Positions 1 through 13,379 of a stretch of 64,000 nt of DNA are shown here, in pieces. The notes beneath the pieces are model-generated. The model had not been told where the DNA came from, did no database searches, and saw only the letters and a program-made list of their open reading frames with translations. This DNA is from Eledone cirrhosa (lineage: Eukaryota), in NCBI GenBank assembly GCA_964016885.1, contig OZ024742.1, positions 41,788,001 through 41,852,000 on the forward strand, in the 5' to 3' direction. How positions within the stretch are numbered: the stretch's first letter is position 1; each line of letters begins with the position of its first letter. The translations under genes were made by a program, and so were the position numbers.

Positions 1-32
1 GGCTGAAGGCACTTTTTGTGAAGCAAAAGTTG
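1..32 (+). CDS. Probable upstream exon (3' end only) of C7orf50-like gene
   Basis: Open frame AEGTFCEAKV-G ends at a G|GTAAGG donor (33). Its phase 1 matches the phase-1 acceptor at 4458 (G+CT = Ala). Supported by phase compatibility only. Confidence 0.45.
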
Positions 33-282
33 GTAAGGTTATCAATACTCATACATATGGATATGTCTATATATATAGAGAGTTAATACTGCCAAGTTAA
101 GTCTTTCTAGATAGAAATTTAGAAGAGATGTTTTGCAAATAGAAGAAATAAGGGACAATATTTAATGAAGCTTTTTATATTCAATATATTTTTTCCCTTT
201 TTAACTAAATTGAAATAGCAAGCTTTAGTTGAATAAGATGTGTTGAAACATTTGTTTAAAAACATGGTTTAAAAAAACTAGT

Positions 283-675
283 CATCACAATCATCATCAT
301 TTTACGTCCGCTTTTCCCTGCTTGCAAGGGTGGGGCGGGAACTGATTGTGGCTTGATTTCTACAGCTGGATGCCCTTCCTAACACCAACCTCATTTACAG
401 TGAGTGCTGGGTGCTTTTTTGCCGTGGCACCTCCACGGCCACTTTACAGTGTGGGCTGGGTGCTTTTTTGCCATGGTGCCTCCACGACCACTTTGCAGTG
501 GAATGATATGGACCCCAGTCCCTATCATCTCATTTCTACAGCTGAGTAAACTGGAGCAATGTGAAAAAATAAAGTGTCTTGCTCAAGGAAACAACACATC
601 ACCTGGTCTGAGAATTGAACTCACAACCTTTCGATTGCAAGGCCAATGCTCTAACCACTAAGCCATGTGCCTCCA
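283..675 (-). mobile_element. RTE-tailed SINE-like element with internal ~49-bp repeats
   Basis: (CAT)n at the left end is the (ATG)n tail on the - strand. Contains the CTACAGCTGGATGCCCTTCCTAACACCAAC core shared with the RTE 3' UTR at 27747-28097, and a tRNA-like head near 600-670. A near-identical copy lies at ~29720-30115. Confidence 0.7.
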
Positions 676-1489
676 TGGCTTAGTGTATTTATATATATAT
701 ATATAACACACACACACACACACAGGTGGGTTCTCATGCGGTTTCAGGTTCAGTCCAACTGGCACTTTGGGAAGTGCACAGGAGCAATAAGTGCTAAAAG
801 CACATGAAAATATTCTTTTAAATGCTTGGAGGTCACTATAGAACTATAGTCAATAGCTTCTTTTACCTATGTAATCTAATTAATTGTGAGGTGGGGGTTG
901 CTCTGAAGGCATAGTAACAAGGTGGGAAAAGTTTAGGAAGCTACTACAAAGAAATTTCTTTTTTGAGTGAAGGGTAGATTTTTTTTATTCACGAAGTTCA
1001 ATTTTGCATGGTAGCAAAACTGGAATGAGTGGTCTTATACTTTATTTATCCATTTAGCATTTACATTACTCTATATATACTATTATGTTTTCATAGTAAA
1101 AGCTTTACCTCACATATCAAATTTATGAGATTTTGATATTATTTATTTTGAGAACAATACCTTAACACCAGTATGAGTGACTGGATACGGCCAGTTTAAA
1201 TGCTAAAGGGTTAATCAACCAAGCCTTTGTAAGTAGATTTGGAAGCAGCAGTACGAATTCAAATGTCATTAATATATGATAATTAAGAACATTCAGCTGT
1301 AGAAAATCTGCCTCCAAAAGTCTCGTTCAACATTTGCAAATATAGAAAAAGCAGTCATAAAAATGATGACAGCATACACATATTCCATGGTGCAGGAGTA
1401 TAAATAGCAAAAGAAACATTTGAAAATTTAACTAGAATTTAAACTAAGTAAACATATCAAATTTGATCATGTTCCAACCAGTGTCCTGG

Positions 1490-1697
1490 CTTTCTTGTCA
1501 AATAATTGCTTCTACTTTAGGCACAAGGCCAGCAATTACCCAGTGCATTACTGGTACTTTATTTTATCGACCCCGCAAGGATGAAAGGCAAAGTCAACCT
1601 CGGCGGGATTTGAACTCCGATTGTAAAGGGACGTAACTATGCTGGAAAGCATGACGTCCAACCCTCTGCCAATCCAACCGCTTTCTTGTCAAATAAT
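1490..1697 (-). mobile_element. tRNA-derived SINE with 17-bp target-site duplication
   Basis: B-box GAGTTCAAATCC on the - strand. Flanked by direct repeats CTTTCTTGTCAAATAAT at 1490-1506 and 1681-1697. Confidence 0.8.
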
Positions 1698-1718
1698 GAA
1701 TACATATAACAAACATAG

Positions 1719-2413
1719 AACTATCTTTGTGTAAGTGTACTTGGTGAGTGCTACTTCTAAAGGTTCATGTTGCTTATTCTGTTTTTTTTTTACATTTTGA
1801 TCTTGGAGAGTTGAACTGGCAGAATAAACTAAATATTTGACTTCCATTTTATGGCTTGTAACTTGATAACAACTCCTATGTTGAAGAGTGAACACAAAAT
1901 ATTTATTTCTAACACAGAATTTTATCATTTCTTTTTTATCCAATTAGGCACAGGCATAGTATGGTATCTAAATTGTTATCCCCTTTGTGACCATATTTCT
2001 AATGAAATACACTGCCTATAATTTTGAAGTATTTAATAATTTAACTTACTTTTAAGCTTGTGTTTGAGCATAACTTAAGGGTTTTTACATAAAATTATGA
2101 TGGAAGGTTTTTAGAACCAGCTGTTCTGCATCAATTGTCTGTAAAATTATCCATCTGGTAATGCTTGTAAACTATCTTTGCGTAAGTGTACTTGGTGAGT
2201 GCTACTTCTAAAGGTTCATATTGCTTATTCTGTTTTTTTTTTTTAACATTTTGATCTTGGAGAGTTGAACTGGCAGAATAAACTAAGCATTTGACTTCCA
2301 TTTTATGGTTTGTAACTTGATAACAACTCCTATGTTGAAGAGTGAACACAAAATATTTATTTCTAACACAGAATTTTATCATTTGTTTTTTATCTAATTA
2401 GGCACAGGCATAG
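1719..2413. repeat. Local ~240-bp direct duplication (1719-1959 and ~2170-2413)
   Basis: Two nearly identical copies. The ORF track shows the same peptide twice (1689..1943 and 2131..2382). Confidence 0.85.
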
Positions 2414-4457
2414 CTGTGTGGTTAAGTTCTTACAACCGTATAGGCAAAGGATTTCTATGGTAGCCTTGGCTTAAATAATACTTCATGAGTGAAATTTGGT
2501 TGGTGGGAAATATCCAATAGTCTGTTGTATATCATTGTTTTATGTTCATTTTTCCATGCCTTCATGGATTGGATGATTTTTTTTTAAGGTAGAATTTTAT
2601 GATTGGATGGCCTTTGTAATGCCATCCCTCTTTTTTATGTATGATATGGATCTTCACTCATAGTCCCACAGCTCAGTGGTTTATGTGGGGTACAGGAGAG
2701 ATGCATACATACTGTAAACGTGGTTGGTGTTAGGAAGGGCATCCAGCTGTAGAAAACCTGCCAGACAGTCCTATACGAGCGAGACGACCAGTCTTGCCTC
2801 AAGTGGGATAATTCCCGTCTAAACCCATGCTAGCATGGAAGATAGACATTAAACGTTGATGATGATACGCATATACACAACAGGCTTCATATACCAATTT
2901 CATTCGCAAGGTATTGGTCAGTCCAAGACTAGTAGAAGACACCCAAGGTGTTATGAAGTGAGATAGAACCTGAAATCACATGGTTCCGAAGAGAATTTCC
3001 TAACTTCACAGCCATGCTTACACCAGTTGGGTCAGTAGCAGTTGACACACTAAAGAGGGATTTTCTGTGTGTTTGTTTGACTTGTTAGAAAAAGCAGCCA
3101 CATTTCCCATGACTCATAACAAAGAGTGTCACATTGGCTAATGTAGTCAGAGATATAAAAAAAAAAACTATTCTTGAAAAAATGTAGGAGGTGGTTGTGG
3201 CTGGATTACCTTTTGTTATAGGTTTATTTTACCAGTGTTGACCTGGGATTAAAGATACATCTGCTTTTATTTCCACAAACTTAACCCTGGACATTTTAGT
3301 AGTATATGGTGTCTGGGTAAATATTGGCCTACTAGATATCTTTATTTTGCACATAAGACCTAGGTTATATTGTTTTAGCCATTTTAAGGAAAAACTGGTC
3401 TTATGTGCCATCAAATATGATACATATACTTGTGTTGGCATTTACACATGATATGTTAAGCTGGTTCAAACCATTTAATTCACAGCATTGCAAGCAGAGG
3501 CTGTTCATGAATGATGATCACATACTTCCAACATGGATATTATCAGCCTGTCACTATTCCAACAATGTATACTATGTATATGAGGACCAGATACCAAACT
3601 GTCTGAAACCACTCCTTTTAATCCTTTAGTATTGTATTTTCATAGAAAAGGTTTTCTCTCACATAATATCGAATCTGAGATTTTGATATTATTTATTTTA
3701 AGAACAATATCTTAACATCAGTATGAGCGACCGGTTATGATCAGTTTGGACAGAAAGAGGAGAATTCTGGCTGGATATGGCCAGTTTAAATGCTAAAGGG
3801 TTAATGCCCATACCTGTATTAAAACCTTTCATTTTTTTTAATGTAATGCTCTATGAGCATCAACTTAAAGGAAAACGTTATTTTACTAAATTACTTCAAA
3901 TTCTTGATTATTTCCAAAATTAATTGAAACATATAAACAGTGTATCTGATAAGAAATATGATAACAAAAGGGTTACGATCCACCCTGTTTGTGCTGGAAC
4001 ACTTGTACTACTGCATTTTTACTTCATGAGCACCAGTTTGTTGAATGTAAAGAATGGAAGTACTTTTTCAGTAGTTGTTGGAGGGAATCAATCCAACAGC
4101 GATCACAAGTCCTAATTGTTATCTAACTTTCTTTTCTTTTTACCATGTTTTTACTGAAAGATCTGCTTATAATTTTGAAAAGAAAATCAAGAATTTAGGG
4201 AGATTTAGTAATATAGCTAATTTTCTCATTATTAAGCTGGTGTTTGGAGCACAATTGAACAAAGGGCCTTACATAAAATTATGATGGAAGGGTTTTAGAT
4301 AAATATAAGCACTTTTAAAATAAACAGAATTATATCATAGCACTAGAGACGTTTTCAAGTAGTTTGGTATCAAATGTAGTGGCATAACAAAAGAAACATG
4401 AAACTGGCACTAAGTTGTCTCTAACTATGTTTTTACTTACATATATTTCTGTTTTAG

Positions 4458-4657
4458 CTAAAAAGAAGAAGAGGAAGAGATCAAAGAGAGGAAAGGATGG
4501 TGAGAAAGCAAAAGAGGTGATTTCAGGGGAAGATGAAGCAACTGCTGAAGAGAAGGCAAAGCTGTTCTTAGATGTATGGCACACAAATAAAACTGAATGG
4601 AGTTTTCTGAAAATACGTCAAAACTGGTTGGTTCACCATATGTATGATACTGAAAAG
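4458..4657 (+). CDS. C7orf50: C7orf50-like (WKF domain / DUF2373) exon
   Basis: TTTTAG acceptor and AAG|GTAAGT donor. Encodes AKKKKRKRSKRGK...AKLFLDVWHTNKTEWSFLKIRQNWLVHHMYDTEK, matching the W..W[KS]F.K.RQ.WL..HMYD motif of WKF-domain proteins. Confidence 0.85.
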
Positions 4658-4812
4658 GTAAGTTTTAACATAATTTCAACATAAAACTGTTGAATCAAAT
4701 TTGCCAATTCATTAGTTAGTATTGTATATTCACTGATGGATGCTGCATGAATACAGTCATGGTGTTCTAAGTTCAATCCAACCATGTGGCATCTTAGGCA
4801 TGCATCTTTTAA

Positions 4813-5875
4813 CCCTTTAGTGTTGAAATCGGCCGAAATTATTTCCCCTTCATTTGTTCAAACCGGCTGCTAACACCCACACTAAAATATTGTTCTAAAA
4901 ATAAACAAACCTTCATCAAAATCTCGTCAATTTGAGATTACTGCAAGATTGAGCCCTTACCACGAAAATTAACACTTAATATAGTGAAACAACTTAAAAC
5001 GTGTTTTTTTAACGTTGAAAGTAGAACAGATTTATTGTGTATCAACTTGGCTTGTGAAAGTAGCGATACCGACTTTGAAGGTTTTACACACAACAACATT
5101 CAGAATGACCAAGAAACAAAAGATAATATTAGTGATTTATCTTCAAATGAATCAGATGTTTACATTTCTGAAATTTCATCCGACGATGATTGTTGATTGG
5201 AAAGTGAAAACGAAGGAGATCTCCAGGGCGCCATTGAAAATATTACAGCAACGTGGTTGAAAAATACCACACCAATATATGTTCCGGATTTTATTCAAAA
5301 TACTGGTCCACAGCACATTAGCACCCGATGCTAAAGTACTGGATTATTTCTTTTTGTTTTTACCACAAACTTTCTTCGAAGTTGTGGCAGAAGAGATTAA
5401 TCGATATGCCCAACAACAGATTTCAAATCGAGGAAAACCCGATCTGTTATGGCGACCGACAGATGCTGCGGAAATGCAAGCATTTTTTACCGTAAATATT
5501 ATGTTCAGTATAAAACAATTTCCAAGACTGGAATTACTGGAGCACTGATAAAAAGGTTTAGTGATCCTTATATATCAAGTATTATGCCGAAAACAACGTA
5601 TTTAAAACGTATTTGCATCTGGTTACTACTTTAAATGCCCCTATTAATTAATTTCACCTGCCCATAAAAGTCAAATTTGACCAAAAAAAATCAGGTAAAA
5701 TTATATAATTGTAAATTATTGATATTTAAACATCTACTGACAAAATTTCAAGCCTGCACAGAAAATTAAGAAAATTACAAACAAAGAAAATTGATAACCC
5801 TCTTGAGTATGATTAACTCAAAATAATGCAAACAGATAAGCATGACATTTGAAAATTAATGTGAATGCTAAAGGG
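4813..5875 (+). mobile_element. Internally deleted piggyBac transposon relic
   Basis: TTAA|CCCTTTAG...CTAAAGGG|TTAA ends (TTAA at 4809-4812 and 5876-5879). Internal frameshifted PGBD-like peptides: SDTDFEGF, LDYFFLFLPQTFFEVVAEEINRYA, WRPTDAAEMQAF, PYISSIMP. Confidence 0.85.
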
Positions 5876-6547
5876 TTAAAGATGAGTGGTACCATACTTA
5901 TGAAACAAAGTATGGGTTGGCAGTAATTTCAGACAAAATCAAGGGATTCAAGCTGATTAGGTCAATGCCTGTCTGAAAATATCCTATCTCTGTCCCCACT
6001 TTCAGTGACTAAGCCTTACAACCAATATATAAGTGCTCTTGACTGGTGATGTCAGTGATTTTGCCATCCAGCTACTCAACTTGGGAAATGGACTTGAAAA
6101 AGACTCCAACAACCAGGTTCAGTTATCATTTAGCTATATTCCACACAACCGGATACTGAAGTTTGAAGCATTGGTTTTCCAAATTCATTTTTTGGTCCTG
6201 CTCTTTTCACTGACAACATACCTAATGATTCATCTAGGTGTGAAGCATTATAAATGCTGATTGTAAAAGATAGAAGTGTCCAAAACAACACCACTGGACA
6301 AAACTAATATTTTACAAGCGACACTGAACATGTTGCTATAATTCCTACCTTAGTGAAAATAGAGTAAACTTATTTTATTGATCGAATATTTTGTAATATG
6401 GGCCAAAATATATTGTTACTTTCATAAAATATAGTGTTATATGTGTGTGTATTTATATACATTCATACATATATGTGATATATACAAATGTAACATCTAT
6501 AGTGTGTTGAAGTTAGTACTGTATATACTGCTTCTTTTATTTTTAAG

Positions 6548-6695
6548 ATACCTGATGCAACATTTAAGATATTACTTGAGTATCTAAGTGGCATGAGAGG
6601 TCATAGTCGAGATGAAACTAAGGCACAAGCACAGAACATGGTGGACATTGTTACTAAAGAGAAAAACGAACTTCATAAAAGAATCAAACTGTCAG
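6548..6695 (+). CDS. C7orf50: C7orf50-like exon
   Basis: TTTTAAG acceptor (phase 0) and G|GTAAGT donor. Encodes IPDATFKILLEYLSGMRGHSRDETKAQAQNMVDIVTKEKNELHKRIKLS, continuing the WKF domain (.PD..F..LL.YL.G..G..R). Confidence 0.85.
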
Positions 6696-6829
6696 GTAAG
6701 TCCATGACCTCAATATCTTTGATTAATTTTTTTCTTTTGGTTTGTTTTGTATTTTAATAAAAAGTATACTGGAGGTTGAGCAAATTAAAGACATTCTACA
6801 CCTGAATCGGTTGATAGATTAGTATAGGG

Positions 6830-7560
6830 TTTACCTAAGTCAAAGCACCAGGTTCTGTAGTGATCTTTTAAAACTAAGTGTAGATGAATGGTGAGTGTTG
6901 ATAATGAATTCAGAGAGAAATTTAACTTACTGATAGATGTTGATCAGAGCTCAGTTCTCAATCCTCATCCTGTTTATCTCCAGATCATAATGCAGAAATA
7001 TAAGTTCATCTGTCTGTGATAAGACCTGTATGCTGATGGCTTAACTTTTATAGTTAAATCTCTATTGTCATTTGGAAAGCTGTCATGCTCATTATAAAGT
7101 AGGTAGGAAATCCATATAGTTTACTCTCTAAAGAGATGTAGTGGGATTACAGGCAAACTGACAAAGAAAGAGGCTGTATGTGGCAGATTAGAATCAAAAG
7201 GCTCAAAGTAAACTTAGAAAAGACAAGTATGAATGAAGACAAGACCCTGATATCAGAGAATAGCCATGCTCAGTATGCAGAAAAGGACTAGATAGAAATT
7301 CCATATAGTGTACTAAACATTTTAAAATGTTATATTATATTCTTCAGGCTAATGGAGAAGTTAGTCTTTGTATGTGCACAGGAGCAGTAAGTTCTAAAAG
7401 CACACACGAAAAAGACTCCTTGAAATGCTTGGAAGGCTTTATATAAGTAACTGATTGCTGCTCTTACCTAGGTGACTGGATTAGTAGTTGAGCTCTGAAA
7501 ACAGTAATCAGAAGAAGGATCATTGAATGTGTAAGATATGTGAAAGCTAGAAAGAAATGA
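6830..7560 (+). mobile_element. Decayed RTE-type LINE RT fragments
   Basis: Remnant YAD[G]L, LKVNLEKT and PCSVCRKG..RNSI.C motifs. Similar fragments occur at ~770-1030, 8100-8400 and 39220-39530. Confidence 0.6.
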
Positions 7561-7764
7561 AGTGAGCATGTTCTGCTGGGTATAAACTCATTCAAGTATG
7601 TAAAATTAATGATGATGGTTAACAAATTTATATCTGTTTTACAATGATTGATTGAGTCAGCAACAACTATTCTTTTATGTAAATTGGCATGTGCCTAATA
7701 ACCTTTGTTATATGAATGTTCAGTACTATTATCAGTAATTCTAAGATTGTTATTTCTGTTATAG

Positions 7765-7823
7765 GTGATCCTGGGGCAGTACAACAAGCTAGAGCTGAAC
7801 AAGTCATTGACATACTTAAATAA
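7765..7823 (+). CDS. C7orf50: C7orf50-like terminal coding exon
   Basis: TTATAG acceptor with phase 1 matching the previous exon. Encodes GDPGAVQQARAEQVIDILK then TAA (7821-7823), resembling the family C-terminal RA.QV...L. An ATTAAA follows at 7862. Confidence 0.75.
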
Positions 7824-9074
7824 TTATAGTCATTGTCAAAATATCATAACATTTTTTGGCAATTAAAATATCTACAAAATGAAACCTTGTTTTTTGTTAT
7901 CAATCAAGAATATGAATTAAATAATATTGGACATTATAAACACAAATTTAAGACTGACTTATGGTAAACTGGTTGTTTTTTTTTTGTTTTTTTAAAATGA
8001 TTCTTATAATGTCTAATATCTTATATTGTTTAATTTATCACAAATTGTATTTTTAACCCATCTGAAACTGCCCTGGATTTATGATACAAAACAAAAGACA
8101 GAAATCTGCCATCTTTTGGGAAGTGGTCATGCTCATTATAAAAAAATGGAGTAGGTAGGAAATCCATATAGTGTACTCTGTAAATATAGACACTCAAGAG
8201 ATGTAGTGGGATTACAGGCAAACTGACAGAGAAAGAAGCTGTGTGGCAGATTCACAGTAGTAGTTTTCAGTAAGAATAGACACAGGACCCTGACACCGTC
8301 AGAAAAATAGCCATGTTCAGTATGCAGAAACAGATTAGGTAAAAATTCCATATGGTGTACTTAATGTAAACTATTGACACTCAAGATTTTAAAATGTTAT
8401 TCATCCATTTTTCCACACCAGCATGGGTTAGACGAGTTATCCTATTGTGAGCAATACTAGGTCAGGTGACCATGTCATACTCGTACAGAACTGATTTTAG
8501 CTTGGTTTCTACAGCTGGATGACCTTCCTAGTGCCAACCTCATTTAAAATGTTTTTTTGTTGTGACACCTACACGATCACTTTACAGTGTGGGCTGGAAG
8601 CTTCACTGGGTGTATACTTTAGCTTCCTCATGGAAGATGTATTGGGGTGGGTGAAGCATAGATCTCAGTCCTGTGTAATCGTCTTTGAGAGGCTCGGTTA
8701 TTATTTATATTAAATCCTGCCATGATGATATTTAAAACTTTTGTTAAATAATGTTCTAAATATCAAGCTTATTAAATAAAGAGTCAGTTATATTAAATTT
8801 CTCCAGATATTTGATTATTTCAAAGTTAATTGAAGCAGTGTGTTTCATGAGAAATATCGTTTAAGAACCTTAAAATTATACAATGAAATTAAAGACAATC
8901 AAAATCTTTAACATAACGAAACAAGTTAAAGTGGTTATACTTTCAAAAAATCATACCTACAGAATGAAATTAAAGATGTAATATCAGTAAAGGTGTGTGC
9001 GTTTGTATATATACCAAAAGTATTTATGCCACTGAAGTGAGGTAAATTAACTGTTGAAAGCTGCTTTAGTGAGG

Positions 9075-10200
9075 TGACGAAGGAGACGTGTGCTCTATGA
9101 AGTGTCTGGCCGCATTTACGGACGCCTCACATCCAGACAACTCCCACTCTGAGTTGGACAGGGCTGAATACCTAGCTGAGGTTGTCTACGACTGACCTGT
9201 AGGTTATTTTGGCCATAAGTCACCGAAAGACATTGCCTACCACAATGGGTTGTATGCCACCAAGCTGGCTGAGAAAAGAAAATCACAGGCATGACGGGAC
9301 AGATCAGCACGAAGAAGCCTGCTAGTAAGAGCAGTAATGGATCATATCAGCTGTGCTTCCGCTTTAGTGGAGTGTGGCGAAATTAGGTCTCTGAAGTGGC
9401 CAAGTCACAGGCTATCCACTACACCTTGGGAAGGATCCCATAGTTGCTGTTACACCCTCAGACGTGGACAAGGCAGCAACACTATCAGAGATCTTGAAAT
9501 CCCTGATAGTGTTGCTGATATCAGCCAGTGGGTCTGGGTACTTGAGATGGGGTGCAACCAGGACTTCCAGTGTGGGCTGGAGTACTGTGTTGCTCAAGGC
9601 CAGCACACACACCACAGCTGAAACAGCCTTGATTGATTTGCAATTGACTTGGTGAAGAAGTTGTTTCTCACAGTCGGAAGGGGACTGCATGTGCATTAGG
9701 TGGGTAGTGTGCGAGGAGCTGATTGGTGAGCAGGCCAAAGGAAGTGATATTGTTTCTAAACCTTGAAGTCAAAGATGGGACCGAACCATACCCTGTCATC
9801 AGGAACCCAAGTATAAGCAACGCAAAACTGAAAGAGTTTGTTCCAATCTTGCGGGCTGTCAGTGTCGAGCGCCTGGTCGATGGACAATGCTAGCGCTTCA
9901 GCCACAAAAGTATGGGCAGCCCTAGGGATCCTGATGATGACTCACCTTGACAGTCTGAGGTGGGAGATCACTACCAATACTTCGTCTGGTTTGAGCATTG
10001 TTAGGACCTCAACCAGTGGTTTCAAGGAGGTTAAGCAATGCCACCGATGCAGGGATTTCAATGCGTGTCCGGTAAGTTTGACGCAAGAAAGGTGGAAGAA
10101 ATTGTTACAGTTGGAACACTTGCTTCCTTTCTTCCACCTATTGTGCGTGGCACACGAGCGACACTGCTCGACTCCCTGTAGAGTGGGGGATGAGGAGGAG
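9075..10200 (-). mobile_element. Decayed CRE-clade non-LTR retrotransposon (PHD finger + RT N-terminal part)
   Basis: Minus-strand frameshifted peptides in the expected order: CSNCNNFFHLSCV..WHC (PHD), VIIRIPRAAHTFVAEALA..WNKLFQF, VLALSNTVLQP..KYP, GSFP.CSG..DSL*LGHFRDL, GGIQPIVVGNVFR*L, QLG..GCEASVNAARHF. GC content is higher than the flanks. Confidence 0.7.
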
Positions 10201-11087
10201 CCTCGGACATGTCATGTGGCTAGATGGGACTTTAGCGAAATCTCTCCACATACTGATCCCTAAACGACATGGTGGGGAGGGGGATTCTTTATCACAGGTT
10301 GGCGCCTTTAGTTTGGAGAAACAGGCCGACTTGGGGTTAAATCTGATAAGATTTTCTTAAAGCCATTCTACTCTCGTTTCTCGGAAGAGACAGATACCAC
10401 AGGTTGTTACTCTGGCCAGGAGAGAGGTGTAGCGCTTAGCCAGACACTCCAGCCCTATCGACAGTGTTGGCTACTTCGATAAAGGTTAGTTCAATGCATC
10501 TTGTCAGATTACTGCTGCATTCACACAAACAACACACAATTCACTTGCTTCCTTGTTTTATCAACAATAGCTTCGATGTAAGTTAATTCTTAAAGTAGCG
10601 ATGTTTGTTATCGTTCATCGGATATTGTAATGACAGCTTTTCTTTCAGCCTTCAACTTTTAACTACTTACTATGACATTGAGTACAGCCACACATCTCGA
10701 CTCACTGAGACACACGCAGTCCATTTGCCATTAGTCACAAATTCCCCATAGTGCTTATATGGGAGAGAGCAACCCATCAAACCAACATCTGCCACGCCAC
10801 AAAGAACATAAACCACCGAACAATGGACAAATATTAATTCACATCTCACCAATAACAACATAAAAAATTCATATCTCTATATTGGTAACCTAATTCGCTA
10901 CAGTACTACAGCCGAGGCTAGGTTTAGGTAGCAAGTGGGACTGAAAGGCGAGCTGATACATCCAAGGGTTTAAGAGAGGGAGAGTGAGGGAAGGATATAA
11001 ATGATGAAGAAAAAAGATGGGTATTTATCAAATGAACATGAAAAAGAGAAGCTGGCTAACTATACAAGTATATAGTAACAGTCTAGA

Positions 11088-11155
11088 ACAGGGGTTCCCA
11101 ACCTTTTTATCGTTATCGCCCACTTTTCCACACACACAAATTCCCATCGCCCACC
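11088..11155 (+). mobile_element. hAT-like MITE end upstream of TMEM237 start
   Basis: CAGGGGTTCCCAACCTTTTT is a typical hAT-type terminus. No clear partner end was found. Confidence 0.35.
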
Positions 11156-11289
11156 TGTGCAGTAATTTTAAGGACGCCAAAATAAAGCTTTATTCAGAAC
11201 GATGTGTCCGTTGACGGATTCGGAACACCGAATGAATTTTTGGTGTGACACCGGTAATCACTAAGAGTTGCCTAGTAAACAAAGACGAT

Positions 11290-11529
11290 ATGGCTGATAA
11301 CGAAGGTACGCGTAAGTTACCTCCAATATCACCCCGGTCTGTTCCCATAGCAAAACCATCTCGTTCGCCATCTAAGGGTAAAGTAAACGAAAGTTTTACA
11401 AAATCACCAACTTTGAAAGAGAAACCGACTCCGTCGCCGCGGAGAAGCAGTCGTCAACTGCCCCCGTTGCAGACTTCAACAGAAAGTGATACGGCAACTG
11501 ATAAGAAGAAACGAAAGAAAAAAACTGTT
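11290..11529 (+). CDS. TMEM237: TMEM237 exon 1
   Basis: ATG at 11290 opens MADNEGTRKLPPISPRS...RQLPPLQTS...KKKRKKKTV and ends at a GTAAGT donor (11530, phase 0). Pro/Lys-rich N-terminus typical of TMEM237. Confidence 0.75.
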
Positions 11530-13379
11530 GTAAGTGTTGATGTGTGTCATTTGATTTATGCTAAAATTTAGAAAAGATGGTTTCACAATTGTTAAATCTT
11601 CGTTTGGGTAATGGCGATAGTTTGTTGGTTAACCCCAGTTCAACGTCAACCGAGCAGGCCTCTTTGTTTAAAGACATTCCAACCACGACCATTTCGTCAT
11701 TTAAGAATATATAACATATGTCCTTTATTTTTACGATGTTGTAGTACGATTTGAAGGAAATTAGGCTGCTATTTCAAGCAAACCAAGTGACCACATAGAA
11801 GCTACTTCACACTGGATGTTGGTATTGGTTACGTTTAGTAAAAATGTTAGCTTAAAGACGGTACAAAAGGAATAATGTTAATATTCTGAGGGAAAAAAAC
11901 TACTAAAGATTTAAAAAACTCTTCTTCGAAGACCATCACTAACCTTTTAAAAATTAGTTTGACGATCTCTTTGCTCTGTTGGTCGCGTTCATGGGACGTC
12001 GATCAGTCGGTGAAAATGGTTATGGCTCGTTTCTCGCTATAGATGCCGTATTTGTTTCGTTACACTCATTCATTGTCGGCTTAGTGAATAGGAATCATGA
12101 GACTACAGAAATGAACCTTCGTTGGTTTCGACGAGGAGTGTTTCAGTTGTTCGATCAACGGAACAGCTTTCCCAATTAACGTTTAAGTGGCTGAGCATTC
12201 CACACACACGTGTAACCATAACGTGATTCTCGTAGAGATTCAATGTGACTATATGACAAGGCTGGCTCTTCCAATTATATGTACAGTGTATCCGACGAGC
12301 TTCCAAATAGTTTCCGACTATCTAGTTTCACTTACAATGCATGGGTTAACTCGAAGTAATGGTAAATGGTACTTTCCCAAGATGTCGCATAGTGAGATTG
12401 AATCCAGGGCACAATGATTGTGAAGCGAAACTTTTAGCTATTCAACTATGCTGCATCCACACCATGAGAGTACAGAAATGGGAAAGAGACTCAATATAAG
12501 CAGTGCCAAGAGATGGTGTATATATAAAACAGAACATTGCCAGTGAGTGGGTTTATATAAGCGCCTATTATTCTACTAATTCTCGTTTTAAATCCCATCG
12601 GAGCTAACTTTGCTTTTCATTCCACCAGAGTTGAGAAAAAAAGTATCCTTAATATAGTGATAGCCAGTTAAAATAATGAATATTTGAATATAAATTTCCT
12701 GTCTTGATGCTAAATTTGATACATTGAGCTGGTGCCATGATAAAATTCATACAGTAGGAAAGACATCCAGCCATAGAAAACCATGTAAAAAAATGGAGTA
12801 TACAAGCGAGAGAGGATATTCTGGCCCATCTAGGTAGGTAAGTAACTTCAAATAAGAACTGACTTGGACTGTGATGACTCATCCAACCCAAGCCATCATG
12901 GAAAAACAGAAATAAAACTGGTGCCTGCCTTTGCTTCTCGACAGTGCTGTTCTGCTAGAGAACAGGTCACATGTGGCGGATAGTGATATGGCCACCAGAT
13001 ATGATGGTTAGTTATGATATATGAGGGCTCCTGCTGAACGAATAAGCTACTCCGAACCAACAGCAGTAAACTACTAGGGGAAATGGAGCAATGGGTGATA
13101 TTGTTAGCTCCCAAGAAAACTCTCACAACCCAGGAGTGTAACTACGATAAGGCAAGTAAAGGCTACCTCTAAGAAAGCCTAATCTTTGCAGGTTGAAGAA
13201 AAGTACCAATTAGTGACTGGCGCGAAGGAGACTACAAAAAGATTGTTATATGGCTGAAAACAGTAAAGACATCCTTACCATATCATCCTTCGCTTGGGAT
13301 AACAAGGGATGCGTTAAGGCCTAGCTGATTTTCTAAACCCAGTCATAACACCATCTTCTGATGTATACGAGGTGCATTT

